Shown here in pieces: positions 1 through 11,230 of a stretch of DNA of 64,000 nt (its first letter is position 1; the number at the start of each line of letters is the position of its first letter). The notes under the pieces are model-generated. The model was not told the DNA's origin. It saw nothing but the letters and a program-made list of their open reading frames with translations, and ran no database searches. The stretch covers positions 7,049,224 to 7,113,223 of the forward strand of contig NZ_JADWYI010000001.1 of the NCBI RefSeq assembly GCF_016904885.1, read 5' to 3'. The position numbers and the translations under genes were made by a program. This DNA comes from [Archangium] primigenium. Lineage in GTDB: Bacteria; Myxococcota; Myxococcia; Myxococcales; Myxococcaceae.

Positions 1-100
1 GCCGAGGAAGATGGCTCCCACCAGCGCCACCAGGGCGCCACTCCAGATGAGACTCCAGCGGTAGACGGTCTGCCGTTCGGCGTTCACGCGGGGTTCCTGA

Positions 101-1645
<1,545 letters not shown>

Positions 1646-1723
1646 GGGGCTTCCCGTGAGGGCGCGGCACGCTAGCCAAGCCCACCTCGGGACGCAATGA
1701 ATGGACGCCGGACCGGACTTCTT

Positions 1724-2107
1724 TCAGACCCCGGCCATGATCAGGTAGGCCGCCACCGCCGCCGCGAGCAGCACCGGGACGAGGATCTCCACGGGCAGCC
1801 GGTAGTGCGCGTGCATCAGGGTGAGCCCCCTGAGCCCCGAGCGCCGCTGGCGCTTGACCCGGGTCATCACCTGGGTGGCGAGCGCGGGGGGCGCCGCGTG
1901 CCGGGGCGCCGCCTTGAGCCGCTGGACGGTGGCCGAATAGGACTGCCAGCCCCGCTGGCACTCGCCGCATCCGTCCAGGTGCGAGCGCACCTCGCCCGCC
2001 TTGTCCGCGGGCAAGTCCTCGTCGGCGAAGGCGATGAACAAGGCCCGGGTCTCGCGATGGCTGAGCTGCGCTGGCATGTCCCCAAGTCTCCGCTGAAAGC
2101 CCTTCAT
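1724..2107 (-). CDS. Anti-sigma factor (zinc-binding HxxxCxxC, C-terminal TM helix)
   Basis: 127 aa. HLDGCGECQ motif and hydrophobic C-terminus. Its ATG overlaps the upstream sigma gene's TGA (ATGA). Confidence 0.6.
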   Translation of the reverse strand: MKGFQRRLGDMPAQLSHRETRALFIAFADEDLPADKAGEVRSHLDGCGECQRGWQSYSATVQRLKAAPRHAAPPALATQVMTRVKRQRRSGLRGLTLMHAHYRLPVEILVPVLLAAAVAAYLIMAGV

Positions 2108-2703
2108 TCCTCAACCCGCTCCAACCACTCCGCCAGCTTCTCCCGGGCCCGGTGGAGCCGGCTTTTCACGGTTCCCAACGGAAGCTCGGTGATGTCGACG
2201 ATTTCTTCGTAGGCCAGGCCCTCGATGTCCCGGAGCGCCACGAGCATGCGCGCGTCCGGCTCCAGTCGGGAAATGGCCCACTGCACCCGCGCCTGCTCCC
2301 GCGCGGACTCGAGCGCCGCGTCCGGCCCCGGCGGCGAGCCCAGGGCCTCGGCCAGGGCCTCCTCGTTGCGCTCGCCGTACTCCTCCGAACGGCCCCGGCC
2401 CCGGCGGTTGAGGTACTTGAGCCGGTTGATGCAGTGGTTCTTGGCGATGCGGTAGAGCCACGTGGACAGCTTCGCGTCCTCGCGAAAGCGCGCGAGGTGC
2501 TGGTGGGCGCTCACGAAGACGTCCTGAACCAGGTCATACGCCTCCTCGCGGTCGCTCAACATCCGCACGCAGAAGTCGTAGAGCCGGTCCTGGTAGGTCC
2601 GCACCAGGGTCTCGAAGGCGTCCGGCTCGCCACGGCGCAGCCGGACCAGGAGCACCTGCTCCGGCGTCATCTCCTCGTTCACGAGCGCCTCGCTCGACGA
2701 CAC
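2104..2703 (-). CDS. ECF (sigma-24 family) RNA polymerase sigma factor
   Basis: 199 aa. Sigma-70 region 2 (DLVQDVF...) and region 4 (LYRIAKNHCINRLK) signatures. Translationally coupled to the downstream anti-sigma. Confidence 0.85.
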   Translation of the reverse strand: MSSSEALVNEEMTPEQVLLVRLRRGEPDAFETLVRTYQDRLYDFCVRMLSDREEAYDLVQDVFVSAHQHLARFREDAKLSTWLYRIAKNHCINRLKYLNRRGRGRSEEYGERNEEALAEALGSPPGPDAALESAREQARVQWAISRLEPDARMLVALRDIEGLAYEEIVDITELPLGTVKSRLHRAREKLAEWLERVEE

Positions 2704-2786
2704 CGGTCACCTTCCCCAGGGGCGGGCCCCCTTCCCCGGCCTTGGACAGCCCGGCCAGGGAAAGGTTCCCGTGATTCGCTCCCGGA

Positions 2787-3906
2787 TTATTCCGGGGCGG
2801 CGCGGTTGGGGTTCTTCACGCCCATGAGCTGCGCGGTGACGAAGTCCTCCAGCTCACCGTCCAGCACCGCGTCCACGTTGCCCGTCTCCACGCCCGTGCG
2901 CAGGTCCTTCACCATGCGGTAGGGCGCGAGCACGTAGGAGCGGATCTGCGAGCCGAAGGAGATGTCCTTCTTCTGCGCCTCGGCGGCGTCACGCTCCGCC
3001 TCGCGCCGCTTCATCTCCAGCTCGTAGAGCCGGCCGCGGAGGATCTTGAACGCCATGTCCTTGTTGGCCGACTGCGAGCGCTCCGTCTGGCAGGTGATGA
3101 TGATGCCCGTGGGCAGGTGGCGCAGCTGCGCCGTGGACGAGGTCTTGTTGACCTTCTGACCGCCCGCGCCGCCACCCCGGATGAACTTCAGCTCGATGTC
3201 CTTCTCCGGGATGTCGATCTGGATGGAGTCATCCACTTCCGGATACACGTCCACCGAGGCGAAGGCCGTCTGCCGGCGCGCGTTGGCGTCGAAGGGGCTG
3301 ATGCGCACGAGCCGATGCACGCCCACCTCCGCCTTGAGGTAGCCGTAGGCGAACTCGCCCTCGATGCGCAGCGAGACGTTCTTGAAGCCCGCCTCCTCAC
3401 CCTCCTGCGCGTCGTTGATCTCCACCTTCCAGCCGCGCTGCTCGCAGTAGCGCGTGTACATGCGCATGAGCATGGCGGCCCAGTCCATGGAGTCCGTGCC
3501 ACCCGCGCCCGCGTTGATGTCCATGAAGCAGTACGAGCGGTCCTGCTCGCCGGAGAGCATCCGCGCCAGTTCCAGCTTGGCCACCTCGCCCTCGAGCCCC
3601 CCGAGCGAATCCTCGGCCTCCTTGGCGCTCGCCGGGTCCTGCATCTCGGCGGCGAGTTCCAAGAGCGTCTGGGCGTCGTCCAGGCCGCGCAGGGTCTTCT
3701 CGTAGGCGCCCACGCTCGACTCGAGCGTGGCCTTCTCCTTGAGCATCGCCTGGGCCTTGGTGTTGTCGTCCCAGAACGTGGGCAGCGTGGATTCCCGCTC
3801 GATCAGCGCGATGCGCGACTTCTTGCGATCGACGTCAAAGATGCCCCCTGAGCGCCGTCAGACGCTCGCGAAGCCCGCCGATCTTCTCCATCGAGTCGTT
3901 CGCCAT
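2787..3906 (-). CDS. prfB: Peptide chain release factor 2, with programmed +1 ribosomal frameshift
   Basis: ORF 2787..3746 carries GGQ and SPF motifs. Upstream (minus strand) the frame reads ATG GCG AAC ... AGG GGG CAT CTT TGA C, and then continues in +1 as DVDRKKSRIALIERES... This is the canonical RF2 CUU-UGA-C shift site with an upstream SD-like AGGGGG (about 3832-3850). True start ATG at about 3906. Confidence 0.9.
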
Positions 3907-3930
3907 GTTGTGTCCTCCCTCTTGCCTTCT

Positions 3931-5256
3931 TCAGTTTCCAGAAACCTTCAAGTCCGGCGCCACCGGCGGCGTCACCTCGCGGCCCGCCACCGGCGCGCGC
4001 AGCAGCCACAACGCCCCCGCCATCCCCACGGACATGGGGAGCAGCAGCGCGATGAGGCGCCAATTGTCCTGATCGAACAGGGGCAACACCTTGAGCACGA
4101 GCCCGAAGAGCCCCAGGGCCGCCAGCGCCCGCCACAGCCACTCCAGGCGCGCGCGGGCCTTCGCGCTCCCGGCCATCAGTTGCAGCCCCAGGGGCAGCGC
4201 GAGCACGGTGAGCGGATTGGCCAGGAACAGGTTCTCGTTGCGGTACGTCACCGTGTGATCCGTGCCGAGCCACATGATGAACAGCGCCAGGCCGGGGATG
4301 CCGAACACCAGGCCCATCAGCACGTTCTGCAGCCCCAGCAGCACCCGCGGCAGCCGCGCGCCCTTCTTGCGCTGCCACGCGGCCAGGCCCATCGAGGCCC
4401 CGCCCAGCACGAGGCCCAGCATCAACATCACCGGCGCGTACCGGGGCGGCTGCTCGGGCGTGACCGGACGGCCCTTGGACTCGTAGAACTTCACGGTCCG
4501 GTCCACGAGCGCGTGCGACGGACCGTCCGTGGCCGTCACCTGGAGTTGGGCCACCTGCCGCTCCAGCTCGTCCGGGAGGAACGCCTCCTGCCACCGGGTG
4601 ATGGGCTTGTCGATCTCGTCGTTCATCAGGAAGTCGAGCAGGACGCTCATGGGCGGATTCACGGCGGTGTAGCGCCGCGTGTGCTCGCGCAGCGTCATGC
4701 GCCCGGGGACCTCGTCCGCCCGGCGGAGCTGACCGCCCACCACCGCGTCGATCATGTCGCGCAGCCGGGTGACGCAGTTGTCGTTGTAGTGGTGGTAGAG
4801 GTACTGACGGTTCTCGGGCAGCACGTTCACCGCGAGCAGCCGGCCCAGTTCCTTCTTCTGCTCGGGTGACAGGTCGAGCTGCTGCAGCCGCACGTCCCGG
4901 TTGAGCGAGCGGTAGAAGCGGAAGGTGGGGCCCGGGGCCGAGTCGTCCACCCAGAATTCGAGCCGACCCATCGCGTAGCGCGCCAGCATGCGCTCGTCGA
5001 AGGAGAACATCCCGTAGTTGTAGAGGCGCGAGGTGCGCAGCCGGGCGTCCTCCACCACGAGCGAGCCGTGGCCGAAGTACGAGGGCACGTCATCGCCCGG
5101 TCCGAAGGTGGCCAGGTAGATGGACAGGTCCTCGCCCCGGCTCTCGCCCGTTCCCCAGGGAGGCATGTCCTGGGCATGCGCCGGAGCGGCGACGAGCAGC
5201 AGGCCCAGCACGAAGAGCATCGACGAGGTCAAGCGAGGCATGGTCCGTTCCAACAC
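3931..5256 (-). CDS. DUF4105-family membrane protein (N-terminal signal peptide, C-terminal multi-TM)
   Basis: 441 aa. Signal peptide, FGHGSL motif typical of DUF4105, several C-terminal TM helices. Confidence 0.5.
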   Translation of the reverse strand: MLERTMPRLTSSMLFVLGLLLVAAPAHAQDMPPWGTGESRGEDLSIYLATFGPGDDVPSYFGHGSLVVEDARLRTSRLYNYGMFSFDERMLARYAMGRLEFWVDDSAPGPTFRFYRSLNRDVRLQQLDLSPEQKKELGRLLAVNVLPENRQYLYHHYNDNCVTRLRDMIDAVVGGQLRRADEVPGRMTLREHTRRYTAVNPPMSVLLDFLMNDEIDKPITRWQEAFLPDELERQVAQLQVTATDGPSHALVDRTVKFYESKGRPVTPEQPPRYAPVMLMLGLVLGGASMGLAAWQRKKGARLPRVLLGLQNVLMGLVFGIPGLALFIMWLGTDHTVTYRNENLFLANPLTVLALPLGLQLMAGSAKARARLEWLWRALAALGLFGLVLKVLPLFDQDNWRLIALLLPMSVGMAGALWLLRAPVAGREVTPPVAPDLKVSGN

Positions 5257-5354
5257 GCGGGGACGGGCCTACCTATCATGCGCGAGGCCCGACTCAACCC
5301 CACGGATGGCCTCCAGGGGAGCGGAATCGTCCGCCCCACCCCGGAAGGGAGCCC

Positions 5355-6212
5355 TCAGGTCATGAGCTTGCGGGCCCGGGGCGCCACCGAGTCGCCCACC
5401 ATGCCGCTCGCCCCGAGCAGTTGCTCCTCGGCGCGCGCCATGCGCTGGGCGTCCTTGGGCCGCTCGTGATCGTGACCCAGGAGGTGCAGCAGCCCATGCG
5501 CCAGGTAGCGCGCCACCTCGGACTCCAGCGTGCGCTCGTACTCCTTGGCCTGCACCTTCGCCGTGTCCAGCGAGATGACGATGTCGCCGAGCTGGCGCGG
5601 CCCCGGGGTGCCCTTGGGCGCCTCCCCCGCGGGGAAGCTCAGCACGTCCGTGGCCTTGTCCTTCTTGCGCCAGGTGCGGTTGAGCCGGCGGATGGCATGG
5701 TCCCCGACGAGCGAGATGGACAGCTCGCACCCGGTGAGCGAGAGCTTCTCCAGGAAGGCCTCGGCCAGGTCCGTCACCTGCTTGGCGAAGCGCTTGCCCT
5801 GGGGATGGGCCACCTGCACCGTCACCCGGTTCTCCTCGGGCGAGGCCTCCTCGGGCTCCTCCATGTGGGCGAGTTCCACCCGGAAGGCGGGCGCGCAGAC
5901 CGAGTAGTAGTCACACGCGCCCTGGCCGTCGTTGCGGTACACCACCCGCCGGCCCCGGGACACGAGCCCCATCTCGCCCTCCTCGATGAGCTGCCGCCGC
6001 CCGTCCACCACCAGCGTCAGCTGGCCCTTGAGGACGATGACCACCTCGTCGAACTCGGGCGTCTGCGCGGGCTCCTTCCAGCCGGGAGGCGCCAACATGC
6101 GCGCCACCGACACGCCCTCGGTGCCCGTCGTCGCCGCGCCCACGAACTCCTCGATGCGCTTCCCGTCGTCGCGGGGAATCACCTTCCCCTTGCGCAGCTT
6201 CACGTTCGCCAT
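5355..6212 (-). CDS. ybeY: Cupin-domain / YbeY (endoribonuclease, rRNA maturation) fusion protein
   Basis: C-terminal about 140 aa is YbeY-like (LSFP...HGLLHLLGHDHE zinc motif). N-terminal about 140 aa is cupin-like. There is no stop between them. An internal ATG (MEEPEE) could also initiate a stand-alone YbeY. Confidence 0.75.
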   Translation of the reverse strand: MANVKLRKGKVIPRDDGKRIEEFVGAATTGTEGVSVARMLAPPGWKEPAQTPEFDEVVIVLKGQLTLVVDGRRQLIEEGEMGLVSRGRRVVYRNDGQGACDYYSVCAPAFRVELAHMEEPEEASPEENRVTVQVAHPQGKRFAKQVTDLAEAFLEKLSLTGCELSISLVGDHAIRRLNRTWRKKDKATDVLSFPAGEAPKGTPGPRQLGDIVISLDTAKVQAKEYERTLESEVARYLAHGLLHLLGHDHERPKDAQRMARAEEQLLGASGMVGDSVAPRARKLMT

Positions 6213-6229
6213 CCACCCACCTCGCGCCC

Positions 6230-8755
6230 TCAGGTGCCCGTGCCCACGGGACGCTGCTTGCCGTCTGATTTCGTGTTCGTCGTGCTCGGGGCCGGGGCCG
6301 GCGCCACCATCAACGCGCCCTTGGGCCCCGCCTGCAGCGCCCCCGCCGGGTAGGCGGGGCGCGCATGATAGATGCCCTCGAGCGTGTGCAGGAAGGACTG
6401 CGCGATGAGGTTCAGGTCCCGCAGCGTCAGGTCACACTCGTCCAGCTGGCCCTCGGAGAAGATGAGGTTGATCATCTTCTGCACCTGGGCCTGCAGGCGG
6501 GGCGTGGTGGGCTCGGGCAGCGAGCGCGTGGAGGCCTCGACGGCATCGGCGATCATCACCAGCGCCGCCTCGCGGAACTGCGGCTTGGGGCCCGGGTAGC
6601 GGAAGATGCTCTCGTCGACGGGCGGCGCGCCTTCCTTGCCTTCCTGCTCCTTGACGGCCTTGTGGTAGAAATAGCCCACCAACCGCGTGCCGTGGTGCTG
6701 CGGAATGGCGTCCGCCACCAGCTTGGGCAGGCGGTACTGCCGCGCCATCTCCAGGCCCTCGGTGACATGGCGCTTGATGATGATGGCGCTCATGGCCGGC
6801 ACGAGCGTGTCGTGGCGGTTCTCGCCCTTCTGGTTCTCGCTGAAGTAGAGCGGATTCCGGCCCTTGCCGATGTCGTGGTAGTACGCGCACGAGCGCGCCA
6901 GCAGCGGATTGGCGCCGATGGCCTCGGCCGCGTTCTCCACGAGCGTGCCGATGATGATGGAGTGGTGGTAGGTGCCCGGCGCCTGGACGATGAGTTCCTT
7001 GAGCGCGGGGTGGTTGAGGTTGGCCAGCTCCAGCAGCTTGAGGTCCGAGGCGTAGCCGAACACGGACTCGATGAGCGGCGTGAGGGCCAGCACCAGCACC
7101 GGCACCGCCAGCGTCGTGCCCGCGAAGGCGCAGAACGCCGTGACGAGCGTGTCCACGGTGAGCCCCTTGCCCTCGGCCAGGAAGAGGCAGAGCACGGCCA
7201 CCAGGTTGGCCAGGCCCGTGACGAGCCCCGCCCGGAAGATGCCCACGCGATCCTTGGCGCGGGTGATGCGGTCGGCGGCCACCAGCGCGCCCACCAGCGC
7301 GTAGATGCCGAAGGACAGGGAGTTGCCCAGCATCACGCCGGACAGGCACGCCAGCACGATGGCGAAGAAGAGCGCCAGCGCCTCGGAGAGCACGAAGCGC
7401 ACGAGCATGGCGCCGGCCGCCACCGGGAACGCGTAGTAGAAGGCCTCCAGCGGCAGTGCCGTGTAGCGGTCCTGCACGGCGTCCGCGATGGACACCCACA
7501 CCTGGGCCATGCCGAGCATGCCCACCAGCAGCACCCCCAGCAGCAGCGCGTCCTTGCGCGTGGGGCGGAAGCGCCGGAAGGCCGCCCGGCAGAAGACGTA
7601 GGTGGCGGAGATGAGCAGCGCGACCAGCCCCGTGCCGCCCACCTGCAGCTGCACCAGATCCAGCCGGTCCGTCTGCGCGCGCATGCCCCGCACGGCCACC
7701 AGGTGCGTCTCGTTGACGAGCTCGCCGTCGCCGATGACGCGCTGGCCCTTCTTGATGGAGATGACCGCGTCCTTGACCGCGGCGGCGGCCCGCTCCCGGC
7801 GCGTGTTGGTCTCCGCCTTGTTGATGGTCAGGTTGGGCCGCACCAGCCGCTTGGCCAGCCGGAGCACCGCGCGCCGCTGGACCACGGGGGCGTCCGGCAG
7901 GAGGTTGCCGGGCACCGAGGCGAAGCGCTCGAGCTCGGTGTACGCCTCGCGCATGTCCACCACCGTGGGCGCCGTGCCCGGCAGGGTCTGCTCGCCGTTG
8001 TGCCGCAGGTCGCGCACGGTGATGCCCTGGGCCCCCTCGCGCGCCAGCTCCTCGCGCGAGTTGGCGATGTACACGGGCAGGGGCTCGGAGAAGCCATAGG
8101 CGCGCTCCACCAGCGCGAGCGTGGCCGCCTCCAGGGTCTCGGAGAACCGGCCGTTCTCCAGCGCCTGGAAGTCCTCGAGGTCGATCGGCGCGTCCCGGCG
8201 ACCGAAGAGCAACGCCTGGAAGGCGCCGCGCATGGCCTCGGACTCCTGGCGCTGCCGCTCGCGATCCTCCGGCGTCGGCGTGGGCTTGCGCACCGGCGGG
8301 GCCTTGCGCGACTCGGGGGGCGGCTCGACGGCCGCGGCCTCCTCGGCGCGCGCCTTCTCCTCCAGGCGCAGGCGCATGGCGGAGAAGGCCCCGTTGACCG
8401 CCGTGCGCAGCTCGGCCACCACCCCCGGGCTCAGGTCGAACACCGGGCGGACCGCGGCGCGCGCGTCCAGGCGCCGCTTCTCCGTCATCGCCTCATGGAG
8501 GATGTCGTAGTCGCGCCCGGCCTTGAAGCCCGTGGGGGAGCTGGTGCGAAAGGGCTTGCCGAGGTTCTCCTCGGTGAGCGCGGGGATCTGCTGGCTGTAG
8601 AGCCCCGGGGAGATGACGAAACCGGCCGCCACCGACACGCCCAGCAGCAGCAACACGCCCGCCAGCCGCCGACCCCAGTGGGGGCCGAGCCGGAAGCGCC
8701 GTGACAGCGCGTCCAACGGACTGGGTCCGGGGGGCGACGATTCCGGTTCGGCCAT
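6230..8755 (-). CDS. 7TM-receptor HD-domain phosphohydrolase (PgpH/7TMR-HD family)
   Basis: 841 aa. Long extracytoplasmic N-terminus, 7 TM, HD motif (YHDIGK). Lies between phoH and ybeY as in many bacteria. Confidence 0.8.
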   Translation of the reverse strand: MAEPESSPPGPSPLDALSRRFRLGPHWGRRLAGVLLLLGVSVAAGFVISPGLYSQQIPALTEENLGKPFRTSSPTGFKAGRDYDILHEAMTEKRRLDARAAVRPVFDLSPGVVAELRTAVNGAFSAMRLRLEEKARAEEAAAVEPPPESRKAPPVRKPTPTPEDRERQRQESEAMRGAFQALLFGRRDAPIDLEDFQALENGRFSETLEAATLALVERAYGFSEPLPVYIANSREELAREGAQGITVRDLRHNGEQTLPGTAPTVVDMREAYTELERFASVPGNLLPDAPVVQRRAVLRLAKRLVRPNLTINKAETNTRRERAAAAVKDAVISIKKGQRVIGDGELVNETHLVAVRGMRAQTDRLDLVQLQVGGTGLVALLISATYVFCRAAFRRFRPTRKDALLLGVLLVGMLGMAQVWVSIADAVQDRYTALPLEAFYYAFPVAAGAMLVRFVLSEALALFFAIVLACLSGVMLGNSLSFGIYALVGALVAADRITRAKDRVGIFRAGLVTGLANLVAVLCLFLAEGKGLTVDTLVTAFCAFAGTTLAVPVLVLALTPLIESVFGYASDLKLLELANLNHPALKELIVQAPGTYHHSIIIGTLVENAAEAIGANPLLARSCAYYHDIGKGRNPLYFSENQKGENRHDTLVPAMSAIIIKRHVTEGLEMARQYRLPKLVADAIPQHHGTRLVGYFYHKAVKEQEGKEGAPPVDESIFRYPGPKPQFREAALVMIADAVEASTRSLPEPTTPRLQAQVQKMINLIFSEGQLDECDLTLRDLNLIAQSFLHTLEGIYHARPAYPAGALQAGPKGALMVAPAPAPSTTNTKSDGKQRPVGTGT

Positions 8756-8854
8756 GGGATCTGGAACCTACGGGAGGCGGGGCAAGGACTTCAAGCACAG
8801 CGGGAGGCGGTGGATCATTCCCACCGCCCCCGCTCCGCCATCGACCAGGCGGCC

Positions 8855-9928
8855 TCAATCCGCGATCGGGCTCTCCTCGGACGCCTCGGGGGGCGCGGAG
8901 GCCTCGGCCGCCTTGAGCGCCTTGGCCGCCTGCTGGGCGGCGTCGAAGCGATCGTAGGCCCGGATGACTTCCTGCACGAGCGGGTGGCGGACCACGTCCA
9001 CGTCCGAGAACTCGGAGATGGTGATGCCCTCGATGTTGCGCAGGATGGAGCGCGCGTGGTGCAGGCCGCTCGTCTTGCCGCTGGGCAGGTCCACCTGGGT
9101 CACGTCGCCGGTGATCACCGCCTTGCTGTTGTAGCCCAGGCGCGTGAGGAACATCTTCATCTGCTCGACGGTGGTGTTCTGCGCCTCGTCGAGGATGACG
9201 AAGGAGTCATTGAGGGTGCGGCCGCGCATGAACGCGAGCGGGGCCACCTCCACCACGCCCTGCTCGATGAATTGGTTGGCGCGCTCGACGGGCATCATGT
9301 CGTGGAGCGCGTCGTAGAGCGGGCGCAGGTACGGGTTGACCTTCTCGGCCAGGTCTCCGGGCAGGAAGCCGAGCTTCTCGCCCGCCTCCACCGCCGGACG
9401 CGCCAGCACGATGCGCTTGACCTTGCGGTCCTGCAGGAAGGACACCGCCATGGCCATGGCCAGGTACGTCTTGCCCGTGCCCGCCGGCCCGATGCCGAAG
9501 ACGATGTCGTTGGCGCGGATGGCGTCCACGTAGCGCTTCTGCGCGATGCTCTTGGGCGCGATCTGCTTGTTGGTGGAGCTCTTGAGCACGGGGCCGAGCA
9601 TCACGTCCTGCAGGGACTCGACTCCGCCCCGGCCCAGGACCTTGATGGCCTGCTCCACGTCCTCGCGGTAGACCGGTCGGCCGGCCCGGATGATACCCTC
9701 GAGGTTCTCCACCAGTTTCACGGTGAAGGCCACGGCATCCGCCGGTCCAGACAGGTGCAGTTCCGTCCCCCGCTGTCCCACACGGACACCGAGGCGGCGC
9801 TCCATGAGCTTGAGGTTTTCGTTCTGGTTGCCACACAGCGCCAGGGTCGTCGCGTTGTCACGGACGTCCACCTTGGCGGAGGTGGGGCTGACGGCGGCTT
9901 GTGCCTCTACTGTGGCGGGGTTTCGCAA
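8855..9928 (-). CDS. phoH: PhoH-like ATPase (YbeZ)
   Basis: 357 aa. Walker [12 protein letters not shown]. Conserved phoH-HD-ybeY synteny. Confidence 0.85.
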   Translation of the reverse strand: MRNPATVEAQAAVSPTSAKVDVRDNATTLALCGNQNENLKLMERRLGVRVGQRGTELHLSGPADAVAFTVKLVENLEGIIRAGRPVYREDVEQAIKVLGRGGVESLQDVMLGPVLKSSTNKQIAPKSIAQKRYVDAIRANDIVFGIGPAGTGKTYLAMAMAVSFLQDRKVKRIVLARPAVEAGEKLGFLPGDLAEKVNPYLRPLYDALHDMMPVERANQFIEQGVVEVAPLAFMRGRTLNDSFVILDEAQNTTVEQMKMFLTRLGYNSKAVITGDVTQVDLPSGKTSGLHHARSILRNIEGITISEFSDVDVVRHPLVQEVIRAYDRFDAAQQAAKALKAAEASAPPEASEESPIAD

Positions 9929-10024
9929 TGCGTCCCATCCCTCGGTGCGGGTGTCGCTGAATTCGACCTCACCTCTACGTAACGTCCTCCCGCTCCAGAT
10001 GTCGCGCGGCGGCGAGCAGCCCGC

Positions 10025-11218
10025 CTAGCGCAAGGGGGGCAGGAGGATGAACTGCCGGTCCGATGTCCGACGGTAATAATAATCATCCCGCCATGGGTAG
10101 CGCAGGTCCTCGTGGTGCAAGAGACCCACTTCCACCAGGGAATCCAGTCGTTCAGGCAGGTTGCCCTTTTCAAGGCGGAACACCTCGAGCGCGGCCTGGA
10201 TGCGCGCCTGTTGGGCGCGAGACACCAGGCGCTGGGCGGCCGGATCCGCGTACGAGGAGGCCGAGGTGCCCTGGAGGTCCCAGGTGCCCGGGCGCATGCG
10301 CGAGGCGAAGAAGCCCAGGGCCGCGATCACCGCGAAGGTCACGGCGGCCCGCGCCACCATGCCGCCCACCCGCAGGACCAGGCCCGCGCCACCGCCCGAC
10401 GAGGCCGACAGGGACAGGCCCGAGGGAGGGATGGCCCGGATGTATTCCAGGTTGAGCAGGTTCACGAGCGCCTTCCAGGTCTCGAACTCCCCCAGGCAGC
10501 TCAGGTCGACCAGCTTGGTCACGTCCCGCCCCGGCCCGAGCAGGCTGAACACCCGGCGCTCGGAGCTGCCGATGGACTGGAACTCGCCCTTGTTCTCGTC
10601 CTTCTTCTCCTCGGAGAAGGCGTCATCGAAGGCGGCGTCGAAGTCGTCCTCCTTCGGCTGGGCCTTGGGCGGCGGCAGCTCCTTGATCTTCTCGAAGGTG
10701 GTGGCCTCGTTGGTGAGCTTCTTTCGCAGGTGGGGCCACTCGTCCACCATCCGGAAGCCTTCCATGAGGACGCTCTCGGCGCGCAGGGGCGTGAGGTCGT
10801 CCGCGTCCACCTGGACGCTCTCCTCCTGCTTGAACTCGTAGTTGCCCGCCTTCCAGGCGAAGAGCCCATAGAGGCTCTCCGTCACCTGCAGGCGCATCAT
10901 CTGCCGCAGCTTCTCCTGCGTGATGATGTTCATGGAGATGAGCACGTCCCCCAGCCGCTTGAGGGTGCGCTTCTGGATCTCCAGCGCGCTGTCGAGCTGC
11001 TGCTGGGTGATGAGCTCGGCGCTCACCAGCATGTTGCCGAGCAGCTGTTTCTTCTGCCGCGTGATGCTCTCGGCCCGGACGATGTTGCCGTCCCGGATGA
11101 AGACCTGGACGTCGTGGTCCTTGCTCTTGAGGTAGAGCACGCCCGTCTTCTGCTGCTGCCCGATGAGCTGCAGGATGTCCGCGATGCCGAAGTCCTTGAG
11201 GGTTCCCGTCAGGGCCAT
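10025..11218 (-). CDS. DUF4388 domain protein
   Basis: N-terminal GIADILQLI DUF4388 signature. Acidic linker and C-terminal hydrophobic segment. Confidence 0.5.
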   Translation of the reverse strand: MALTGTLKDFGIADILQLIGQQQKTGVLYLKSKDHDVQVFIRDGNIVRAESITRQKKQLLGNMLVSAELITQQQLDSALEIQKRTLKRLGDVLISMNIITQEKLRQMMRLQVTESLYGLFAWKAGNYEFKQEESVQVDADDLTPLRAESVLMEGFRMVDEWPHLRKKLTNEATTFEKIKELPPPKAQPKEDDFDAAFDDAFSEEKKDENKGEFQSIGSSERRVFSLLGPGRDVTKLVDLSCLGEFETWKALVNLLNLEYIRAIPPSGLSLSASSGGGAGLVLRVGGMVARAAVTFAVIAALGFFASRMRPGTWDLQGTSASSYADPAAQRLVSRAQQARIQAALEVFRLEKGNLPERLDSLVEVGLLHHEDLRYPWRDDYYYRRTSDRQFILLPPLR

Positions 11219-11230
11219 CGTCGTGCCTGC

